Made by a program: the position numbers and the translations under genes | The notes under the pieces: generated by a model | What the model saw: the letters and a program-made list of their open reading frames with translations, nothing else | Databases searched by the model: none | What the model was told of the DNA's origin: nothing | Source: Chiloscyllium plagiosum | Lineage: Eukaryota | Reading direction: 5' to 3' | Length of the DNA: 64,000 nt | NCBI RefSeq assembly: GCF_004010195.1 | Contig: NC_057718.1 | Coordinates: 56,118,603 to 56,182,602 of the forward strand | Part shown: in pieces, positions 52,606 through 62,989 of the stretch | Layout of the letters: each line of letters opens with the position of its first letter | Numbering within the stretch: the first letter of the stretch is position 1

Positions 52606-54371
52606 ACCTTGGGTATAGGATGTATCACACATGCTCAACATAGTTTCAGCTGCCAGTGCAGCCAAGAGCAACCAAAAGGTAAGTAAAACATATTTTCTGC
52701 AGGTCAAAGAGAAGCAAAAGTACAGACCTCACAAAAATAATCTGGGACCACTTCAGCGCCTTAAGAATGGACTACTAACTTGCAACATTTTTTTACTGAT
52801 CCCAGAAAATAATCAGAATTACAATATGTTGGCGACTTTGAATTTTTGCACCATTCTGCAAAATAATTATTTCTACCAGCAGTTCAGATATTCTAATTTA
52901 TTGAGGCAACAAGCTTTCTAAATGGACTAGGCCTCCCGTAAGAGTGATTGAACAGTTGGTTGGGCACCTCAGTATCCCACTGCTTGAATCTAAGGAAGTT
53001 AGGAGAAATTTATTTATTTAAAAAATACATATATTTCATTGAATAGTTGAGGTAAATTGCATTGATGTATTTAAGTTAGATAATTACAAAAGGGGAAAGG
53101 AAATGCTGATAGATAATCAACCTGTTCAGACACACATCTGGAGCAGCTGGATCTTGACCTCAGGCCTCCTTGTCCAGAGTAGGAACATATCATTGTGCCA
53201 CAAGAGTCCACTTTTAAAGGTCTGCCCAGTCACACAAAGGGAACTCGAGAGAGGTAGAGACTTAGGAATGGGACTCAAGGAGACAGGAAGGCAGGTTGAC
53301 CTCAGGAAACTGAAAATTTGCAAACAAGAGGAGATTGGGAGCAACAAAGGGATTTGAGATTGGGGCTCAAACATTTGAGCAGGGGCATGGCAATGATGAC
53401 CAGCATTTTCTGCAGGTTACGAAGCAGCAGCAACAACACCATGGTAGGTAGTAATGGCAAGACTGAAGATGAGCCACTAAGAGGTAAATGAAACCTGGAG
53501 TTTTTCCTGTGGGCAAAGAACAAAAGGTATTTTCATTGATGGGAGATTGAGGAACTCAGGAAATGAGCTCAAGAATTTTCAAAGGAAGGACCAACAGGAA
53601 ATGGAAGAAAAAGATACTTTGCCAGTAAGCCATATGGTCCTTCACTGCATGTGGTTATTAAGGGATAGGGATTATATTAAATTTTTTTTAAAAAGGGGGA
53701 CTAATACTTTAAAAATGAAAATGTAAAAGATCACAGGGAATTGAGTTTCAGTATTGGGGATCAAATGACCTCATATGCTGCTGTATAATTCTATGTTTTA
53801 TTGTGATTAAACCAAGGGCTTGGTTAGAACTGTTGGTGTTGTGCTGTGTTTAGGACAATGTGAGTTATGAAACGAGCCCAAATATTGAACCTGCTATTCT
53901 TTGTGCAATCTTTTGGTTTGGTTCCCAGTTTGGGGTTGTCATTCTCATCAATATTCAGCTTCTTTTATTAAACATGCTAAGCAAGCTGAATATCAAGAAT
54001 CCTCAAGATGGAAGTCATGGTTGATGGTAGTCCCAGTCAAGTCAAGGGAAATAGTCTTCTCACAGAGGGTGTTAGCACAGTGGGTCAAGACCAAACTCTG
54101 ATACCGGTCCAGGGGCTTGGATACAGTCAATCAGCTACTCAGGGTGATCAGAGTCAGGATGGTCTCTACATAAGGAGTGAGGAGCCAAATGAAGGGTATC
54201 ACAAATCCTGTTTATACTCTTTTTACCCTATTGTGAGCTGTTTTCCTCCCAGAATGAGGGAGAGGCAGGTATTACAGGAGATGAAAGTGGGTGATATGGG
54301 TATTGGTGCAGTTGGGAAAGTGTCCCAAGTTAGTGAGTAGACAGCATGGAGGGCATGCAGTGTTCATACTG

Positions 54372-54602
54372 TCAGAGTTGGGGTAGGTGAGAGTAAGTGG
54401 GAAAGATATTGCACGCAATAGAAAGTGCGGTAAAGCCTGGGCCTTTGTGGGAGCTCGGTACAGTGGCAATTTCAAGACCAAGCTGACATGACATGGTGTT
54501 GTGGCCTCTCCACTGCTGGTCCTGCGACTGCACCTTCCCATTCAGCAGGATCTCCAAGTCCCTGTTGACAAACTGGGGCACAAATTCATCCCTATTTGCC
54601 AC
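54372..54602 (-). mobile_element. Possible relic of a PIF/Harbinger Myb/SANT-like ORF
   Basis: PQFVNRDLEILLNG resembles the 'PRF..(D/E)LE.LL..V' start of Harbinger-associated Myb-like domains; recognised from memory only. Confidence 0.35.
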
Positions 54603-56916
54603 GTTCAGAGCTAATGTCAGAAACCATGCATGTCAACTCAGGACTGGTATGTGCTTGTCTAGGTGCCCAACATGCCTTTAAAGATTTTGCAGACACTGAA
54701 TAAGCTGATCATTTGGTGGCTATCCAGTGAGTGGCGGGTTGTGTAGTAATGTGTGATAAGCTGGGCATAACCTCACACATGAGAGACATCGAGTGGAGGC
54801 ACATTTGGTTAAATGTAGTGAGAGATGTCGCTGGGTCTCATGGCAAGAGTGTCTCCAAAAACTTGAAACTATAAAAATGCTCAATTAAGATTTTACTTGA
54901 ATTTTGTCGATACTATTTAAATCAATTTATGCACAGTATTCATCGCATGGAACCTAAGTCTCAGTAATGCATTTTTGCTTTTTGAATGTAACATTACAAG
55001 AGATGTTTAGTTTGGGCACTGAATTGACACAATTTTGGTAATGACTCTGCAGTGCCTGGCTTTTGCCGCAGTCAGGTTCCTTGAATTACTTACAAATTCA
55101 GGCCTTGTTAACATTTTCTTGGCAAAACAGGCTGCCAATAGTGGAAAGGTTCTCCAAGTTCCCGAATATAACATCATGCAGTGATAACTAAAAACATGCA
55201 TACATCAAATTAGTTCATCATAATTAATGTTGCCATTAATACTTCAAACTTCAACATAAACAAATATGGTCCAGAATGCCACTGCTAGAAAAGTCTATGT
55301 CGTCGTATTTGAGGAATGATGTCATGCTAAAAGCTATGCAGATGAGCCATGTCTGATATTGATAGTTATAGATTCACATCATTCTGCCACCTTCAGCTGC
55401 TGCCAGTTCTTGCCTAGTATTAGTAATAGTATACTGAAAAGAAAAGGATAAAAAGTGTCACTATTGTATATATTTCAAACCATCCTATTACATAAACATT
55501 TAATTACAAAATAAACCGAATAAAAATATTTCAAAGCTTAATTGTTTCCAAATCACCTTATGTTGCTATACACAAAAAGTTATATTATTTTCTCTATATA
55601 TTACAAATCAGAGATATTCTACAAAATAGATATTTTCAACATACATAGAAATTTAATATTTGTAGCTTATTTCTAAATAAGATAATATTACTATAATTTT
55701 TAAATTGAAATAAATAAATCTTTCCTGAAGGGATTTCAAAAACTGATTGTTTGAAAATAAGCTGTTATCATTTGTAACACAATATGCACGTAATAAGTAG
55801 TAGACAATGTAAGTTTTTTTAAAATTCAAAACAACTGAAAGCAGCATTTTATAAAAGCATGCAAAACTGTTAATAAAAGCTTGGAAACTAGCTAGGGCAT
55901 TGTTGTACTAAATTTGTTATGTTTTTCAGTCTAGTCAGTAACTTAAAAACTTAGCCCATATAGTCCATTAATTTGTTGCAGATAATAGTTTTGCTATGTT
56001 TTAACATACCACGGGACCCTTAACATTCCAAAACAGCAAGTGCCTCTTGTAAGTTTATCTAAGAGTGAAGTAATAGACCATAACAGAAAAAAAATTCTCA
56101 TACTGATTGTACATGCAGCTAATAAGAGTCTGAAATTTTCAGTTTGGATTTTCATTGGCCTTTAACTTTACTTCTCATGTTCATTTACACCACTCGTCAT
56201 TTTCTGGATAATGAAATAACTGCTTCAGCCTTGAAATAACTGCTATTTCTGTCTTGAGTCAGATTTCTGAGAGAAGCCTGGCATTTGTCACCCTTCAGTG
56301 TTTTATTCAAATGGCACATTGAGATCACAAACATTTGGAGAAATTGATTTAAGAGTTACATCTGACCTCTTAGCAAAGTATTGAAGCACAAACTTAACAG
56401 AATAAACTTTTGTTTCAGCTTTATTTTTAATTCAACTTTTCTCATAATCATTAGGTTGCTAAGATTTTAAAGTAAAATTTGACTATATATTTATACAATG
56501 TTCCATAGTAGAGTACAAGCGGTTGTTCCTAAAAATCCTGTGACTTTGACTTAACAGGAACTGAAGTGCAAGGAACATGGTAACGTCATAAATTTAAATA
56601 ATCAGATAGCATGGTTGATAGAGAGATAAATAAGAGTAGGACACTGGAAGATTGCTCTGAGCATTTATGAATACAACCGTAGTATGTTTTACATTCAACT
56701 GGGATAATAGGTAGGCTTTTATCTCAAACCAAATCTGAAAGAAAACAAAATTTGTCAGGACAACTACCAAGCAAAATACTATATTGTTAGAATTGCCGTC
56801 TTTTGCATGAGACATTTGTTCAGGCAGACCTAAGATCCTACGGCATTATTTGAAGAAGTACACTCTGTCGGCACAAGGGCCAAAGGGCCTGTTCAGCACT
56901 GTATTGTTCTCTGAAA

Positions 56917-58197
56917 GGGCAGAATATTACCTGTTCCTGATAATTAGTTTCTAGGTTCTGATTACAATGGTTCTGAGTTCTGCCCACCTCTTGAGTCTTG
57001 CCAAAGGCAACCAGTTAACAGACTGTCTCCAGGAATCCCTCTAATGAAGCACAGTAAGGAGACTCCTCAGCTATTATAAGCACTAAGAGTCTGGAGGCGG
57101 AGTGGGTGCCGCCACTACAGGTGAATGCCATGTTGGAAATCTCTGAAGGCTTTTAATTGCTTAAAACTAATGTATGAATTTAATCCATCAGATTAGAGAG
57201 AAACCTTGCAGTCCTGAGTCCGCAGTTATGGTCCTCTGACACATGTGGATCACAGGTGGATCACAGAGAGGCGTAGAATAAAAAGAAGCCTTGCTGGCTT
57301 CCCAACCTAGTGTTTGAAGGCTGTCTTTGGTCACCTGCTGGGTTTTGGCTGCAGGGGGGCACATTGGCTGCTGTTGAGATCCTGATAGCATCAACCAGTT
57401 GCTCCTAAGTGAACTGTGCTGATAATTAGCTACCCATCACTGCTGGATGGGCAGCTGATGTCAGTTTCACCCTGCCTCAAGCAAGATAGTTTGGATTTGG
57501 GAACACAGAGTTGGGAGATCATGCTGCGGCTGTACAGGATATTGGTTAGGCCACTTTTGGAATATTGTGTGCAATTCTGGTTTCCCTCCTACAGGAAGGA
57601 TGCTTGATACCTGAGAGTATTGAGAAAAGATTTACAAGGATTTTGCCAGGGTTGGAGCTATCATGAGAGGCTAAATAGACTGGAGCTGTTTTCCCTGGAG
57701 TGTTGGAGGCTGAGGGGTAACCTTCTAGAGGTTTGTAAAATCATGAGGGGCATGGATAGGGTAAATAGACAAAGTATTTTCCCTGAATTGGGGGAGTCCA
57801 GAACCAGCCAGCAAAGGTTTAGGGTGAGAGGAGAAAGATTTAAAAGGGGCCTAAGGAGCAACCTTTTCATGCAAAGGGTGGTGCGTGAATGGAATGAGCT
57901 GCCAGAGGAAGTAGTGAAGGCTGGTACAATTGCTGGTATTGAAAAGGCATTTGGATGGATATATGAATAGGAAGGGTTTAGAGGGATATGGGCCAAGTGT
58001 TGGCCAATGGGACTACATTAATTTAGGATATCTGGTGGGGATGGTCAAGTTGGACCCAAGAGTCTGTTTCTGTGCTGTACATCTCTATGACTGTGTGACT
58101 CTATAATACACCAGACAGAAGATCTGATCCATTCATTTCAAAATTCTCCCTCCCGTGTCTTGAAAACTGCTTTCATTTGGATGTTAAAATTCCACCC
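56917..58197. mobile_element. Putative non-autonomous DNA transposon with GGG-starting TIRs, containing a CR1 insert and nested in a DeuSINE relic
   Basis: gggcagaatattac at left versus gttaaaattccaccc at right; Deu core halves at about 56820-56858 and about 58200-58390. Confidence 0.5.
57505..58105 (+). mobile_element. CR1/HER1-type LINE 3' fragment
   Basis: LYRILVRPLLEYCVQFW, RVVREWNELPEEVVKA, tail ctctatgactgtgtgactctat. Confidence 0.92.
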
Positions 58198-59276
58198 AGA
58201 GTGACCTGGCCAATATGTATCCCTCAAATCAATCAACACCACCAAAGTATGTTATTTGTCCACTTGCTTATTCATTTTCTGTTTGTGAGGTCTCGTTATA
58301 TAGGAAATAATTGTGATATTTCTTAAACAACAGTGAAAATATTATGAAGATAATTTAATCCTCCAAAGCACTCTGGAGGAATCTGAATATATGTGAAATG
58401 AGTTTAGACAGAGCCAGTTGCTATAAATCCGCATGGTCTTTCAATTATTCAACAGGCAGCATTTGCGAGGTCAGATTCATTTACCCAAAATTGGTAATAT
58501 ATTTCACTTGAAGTGAAAATGGCTGGTGTGTGAAATAGGGAAATTCATATGCAGCAATGATATTGCAATGACCATATCACCATATCAGCTTTTCTGAGCT
58601 GCTCACTCTGGAATCAGCCTGGTCAGCAAAGATAACCTCTTTTCTCTTCACACAAATAACCATTGAAAGATTATCAGCAATAAGCAGAAGTGTAGAGTTG
58701 ACATTAAAATCAGATCAGCCGTGATCTTATTGAATGATAGAGCAGGGCTCAAGGAGCCAAGTGGCTTACTTTTGCCCTTTGTGCATATGTCCTTAAACTT
58801 TCTTTCATTCATCCTGTATTTCAAGAATAATTATAAGGAACTCATGACTTCCCACAATTAAATGGGATCTACTATTGCTACCTTTATTGCCTCCATCTTT
58901 TACTGACCACCAAGTCAAAAATGCACTCAAGGCAACTTTAGAATGGGCTGATCATTATTGTATCCCATTTCCTTTGGGACATCATGGCTTACATTGGGTC
59001 AGCTAGTTTCTACTACTCTGCTATGTGGCTGTTTCACTGTCTGGGGTCCCTCTATCACTATCTGTTCATCTGCATGGGAGCTGTTCTGGTTCCTGTTTAC
59101 TTCAGCAAGGAAGCTATATACTTTCAATTTTTGGCTCAATCCTATCATCTCTGAAATTTACAGGTCCTTTTTTTGGCCCCTTTCAATTCTACTTGATTTC
59201 AGGCTGTTTACATTTATATACAAAGTTAAAAATCACACAACACCAGGTTATAGTCCAACAGGTTTAATTGGAAGCA

Positions 59277-59311
59277 CACTAGCTTTCGGAGCGACGCTCC
59301 TTCATCAGGTG
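59277..59311 (-). ncRNA. Minimal type-I hammerhead ribozyme motif (left arm of element A)
   Basis: Minus strand CAC-CUGAUGA-A-GGAGC-GUC-GCUCC-GAAA-GC-UA-GUG. Confidence 0.75.
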
Positions 59312-59438
59312 ATTGTGGAGGGCTCGATCGTAACACAGAATTTATAGCAAAAACTGAAATTATACATTGAAGAATTCAGTTACATCACACTGCAAATGTT
59401 TGCTATAAATTCTGTGTTACGATCGAGCCCTCCACAAT

Positions 59439-59473
59439 CACCTGATGAAGGAGCGTCGCTCCGAAAGCTAGTG
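59439..59473 (+). ncRNA. Minimal type-I hammerhead ribozyme motif (right arm of element A)
   Basis: CAC-CUGAUGA-A-GGAGC-GUC-GCUCC-GAAA-GC-UA|GUG; stem I CAC/GUG, stem II GGAGC/GCUCC, palindromic AGCU stem III; predicted cut after 59470. Confidence 0.75.
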
Positions 59474-61218
59474 TACTTCCAATTAAACCTGTTAGACTAT
59501 AACCTGGTGTTGTGTGATTTTTAACTTTGTACACCCCAGTCCAACACCGGCATCTCCGAATCATGACTACATTTATGTAACTTTACTTGAGACATCTGAG
59601 TCCACGTTATTTCTTTCTCCTCCTGCATTTTCCAGGGTTCTGCAACCAGCACAACTTTGTTGAAACTATTTGATTGTATAGCCTCTCTGGGCTGTCTCAT
59701 GAGGATTTCAACTCTCTCTGCTCTTTCTTCACCTTGTAACTTCCTATGGGTTCTACCTGACCCCTGTTAATCTGGTAGGTTTACCTCTTTAAATGCCAAC
59801 GACTTTCCCTCTATTTTCCCAATATTTCTGCATCTCTTATGTAAGAAGTTGTCAGGTTTGGTTCTGCATGGACCAGGTGCAGAGATGGCCCTTTTGGCTG
59901 ACACTAATAATGTGCTGCTCATGTCATAAGACTCTGCTGATATGCGGAAGATGTGGAAATGCCAAGAGATCTATTCAACTGGAATAAATGTTCTGAGTTT
60001 CTAATGTCTGCACACAGACCCGTTACCAGAGGAACTTGGACAATTCAAATGGAATACGATTCATCTCTTCTATCTTTGCCCTGCTAAGGAATTCTGGCTG
60101 GTGAATTTGCAAGGATTGGAAGCCAAATTGACCATTCACTGAGGATGCTGGACAAGATGCTCCAGCTCCAATTGTTTTTTTTTACTGAGGTTGGGTTTTG
60201 GTCATAAACCAGCTGATCCCTGCCATGTTGCACTGCCAGCTGGTCCTTTTAATCCCTTCCCTGGAATTTGTCACAAAGGGAAAACCTTCGGATTTCCTGG
60301 GACAAAAAGCAATACCAGATTGCTGCTGAGGTACTGAAACTCCTACTTACAGAGCGGGTCAGGTAATGGTGTGCCTCTGTACAGAAGTAGTGATTTTTTT
60401 TGCCTTCACATTCTACAGCAATACCTTTACATTAAGCCTTCTCCAAGATGCTCTACCCTAATGGTGTCACAAACATGGCCTCAATATGACATACAGTTCC
60501 TGTTTATGAAGTGGACAGGTTCTTGAGCCATCTTCCAGAAATTGCCTGTCTTTTGTGTGGACCTGTTCAAGATATGCATGGCCATCTCACATTGGAAGGG
60601 AGCCTGGTAGGGGTGGCATATGTTTTAAGAAAATCACTGCTCAAAAGCAGAGTCTTCTGTCAATAAGTGTTTAGGTAGAAGAGAGAGCTCAGGATACTGG
60701 ATTGATCAGACTCAGGGATGTGATCACTGGCGGAGGCGCAAGCTGAATGATGTTGGTGCAAACAGCCATTCAGGCTTTACTGGTTTACTTAGGCTCAATC
60801 AAGATTGGTCTGTAATTTTATTTGAATGTCATCTTTGCTTTGCTGGACAAATTCAGTTGAACCTTGCTTTATTCTTTTCTTGTCTCTACTTACCATACAC
60901 TTCATCTGCCACTTTAGCACCCAAGATCTAAGTGTCCAAAATGCGACATCAGAGGTAAAGAAAATTTTGTGTCTCCAGTAAAACACAATATCACCAAGAA
61001 ATGATGATTCCTGGAGATGAATTGGATTGTATGTAGATTTTATGAAGAAAGTGTTGATTATAGCTACAGCCAATGTTCCTTTTGGCTTTTTAACTAATCT
61101 TTCAGGATAACACGTCATCCTGATAAACAAAGGCTAAATTCATTTGAGGTGGGTTCACCAATTCCCCTTTTCACAAATTGCATTCAACCAGAGTAATAGA
61201 AAAGAACAAGAAACAGGG

Positions 61219-61673
61219 CATGATTTGGAGATGCGAGTGTTGGACTGGGGTGCACAAAGTTAAAAATCACACAACACCAGGTTATAGTCCAACAGGTTTA
61301 ATTGGAAGCAGACTAGCTTTCGGAGCGTTGCTCCTTCATCAGGTGATAGTGGAGGGCTCAATCCTAACACATAGAATTTATAGCAAAAATTTACAGTGTG
61401 ATGTAACTGAAATTATACATTGAAAAACTGATTGTTTGTTGAGTCTTTCATCTGTTTGAAACGATCATGGTATTCAAACAGATGAAAGACTCAACAGATA
61501 ATCAATTTTCAATGTATACTTTCAGTTACATCATGCTATAAATTTTTGCTATAAATTCTGTGTGTTAGGATTGAGCCCTCCACTATCACCTGATGAAGGA
61601 GCAACGCTCCGAAAGCAAGTGTGCTTTCAATTAAACCTGTTGGACTATAACCTGGTGTTGTGTGATTTTTAAC
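61219..61673. mobile_element. Fold-back Penelope terminal-repeat element B (opposite orientation to A)
   Basis: Arms of about 200 nt (61259-61460 and 61473-61673), 12-nt loop; tail 61219-61258; TSD aacaagaaaca(g/a)ggca at 61205-61220 and 61671-61686; hammerhead motifs at 61311-61345 (minus) and 61587-61621 (plus, cleavage-site U to A). Confidence 0.9.
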
Positions 61674-62088
61674 AAGAAACAAGGCAGTTTTTTTGCCCTA
61701 GAAAAGCCAACCGATGTCAATCATTTCCAACAGGTCATAGCTGACTGAACACAATTAGCAATAACCATTTCCAATAGCTTTTCTAGCAATTTCTGTCCTT
61801 GTTTCTGATTTCCAGCGTCTGCAATTCTTTCGGCTTTTATTCTAATAGGTATTAATCGACCATTCACAACCAATGTTGACTATATTCAGATGGCAGACGC
61901 GCATCCTGCTCAGCAACCAGGATCGACTGTGCCCAATTGTTTTCACATACTGCTCAGCAACTGCTTTAACCAATCCATTTAAATTATTTTTTCCTTCTGA
62001 GATAAGACGCTTATCCTATGATAAGAGGCTGAGTACATTGTGTATTTATTCTCTGGATTTTAAAAGAATGAGATGTGATTTCATTAAA

Positions 62089-62291
62089 TTAAAAATCACA
62101 CAACACCAGGTTATACTCCAACAGGTTTAATTGGAAGCACACTAGCTTTTGGAGCGACGTTTATCACCTGATGAAGGAGCATCGCTCCGAAAGCTAGTGT
62201 GCTTTCACTTAAACCTGTTGGACTATAACCTGGTGTTGTGTGATTTTTAACTTTGTAACCCCAGTCCAACACCGGCATCTCCAAATCATGA
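62089..62291. mobile_element. Fold-back Penelope terminal-repeat element C inserted in an old LINE 3' end (about 62005-62625)
   Basis: Left arm 62089-62159 pairs with the right arm ending at 62250; tail to 62291; TSD tgatttca(t/g)taaa at 62076-62088 and 62289-62301. Confidence 0.88.
62165..62199 (+). ncRNA. Minimal hammerhead ribozyme motif (element C)
   Basis: CAC-CUGAUGA-A-GGAGC-AUC-GCUCC-GAAA-GC-UA|GUG with intact core. Confidence 0.72.
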
Positions 62292-62989
62292 TTTCAGTAA
62301 AGTATACAATATTCAGAAGGAGCTTGACAGGTAAACATGAAGAGATGCCCCTGAGTGAATATAGAACAAGGAGACACAGGCTCAAGATAAGAGTCTAATG
62401 TGAGAAACTTATTTACCCAAAGGTAATTCCCTATCCCAGAGGGTTGTGGGTTCTGCTTTGTTAAATATGCTTAAGTCTGAGTTTGGCAGATTATGGTCAG
62501 TAATGGAGTTGAAGGATATAGGAGTGGGCAGGAGGGAAGAGTGGAGGCCAATGATTAATAATATTGATGAAATGACAGAACGGGCTCGAGAGACCATCTG
62601 GTCTATTTCTGCTCCTACTACTTACCGTCTTCATTATTTAAAGAAGTTGGTTACAGTTTACATATTAAAGGATTAAAGTGAGATGAAGAGGAGCAAGATC
62701 TGAGATGAAATTCCACAGATTAGGGATTAGCTGCTTAAGGTGTAGCTATCAAAAGAGGAGCAAAGCAAATTAAATACGCAGAAGAGGCTAGAAGTGGGGA
62801 AAGCAAAATGGAAATTTTTTGTATGACTGGAGCCAATATTATTCAGCGAACAATGAGTGGATTAGGAGATGGATGAAAGGGCCTTTGTTAGGATAGGGCA
62901 GCAGAATTTTGGTTTAGGCCAAATTTATTGAATGAACTATAGGCAGATAACCAGGAGAACATTGAAAAAGTGGAGGCAGTTTATGCATG

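Larger units (their letters stand above)
59219..59567. mobile_element. Fold-back Penelope terminal-repeat element A
   Basis: Arms of about 133 nt (59219-59351 and 59399-59531), near-perfectly reverse-complementary; tail 59532-59566; TSD tacatttat(a/g)ta at 59209-59220 and 59568-59579. Confidence 0.9.

Noticed and set aside
52650..52684. Strong plus-strand donor AAG|gtaagt
   Set aside because: No convincing acceptor or recognisable coding sequence, and it abuts a SINE.
55094..55188. Minus-strand segment with ttttag acceptor and gtaagt donor as a distal upstream RTN4 exon
   Set aside because: Poor exon-side donor context (TTT|gt), no homology and no supporting promoter; indistinguishable from chance.
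59219..59531. Long hairpins as miRNA precursors or DNA-transposon MITEs
   Set aside because: Arms derive from a Penelope terminal repeat, with a one-sided tail, variable 12-16-nt TSDs and hammerhead cores, indicating retroelement origin.
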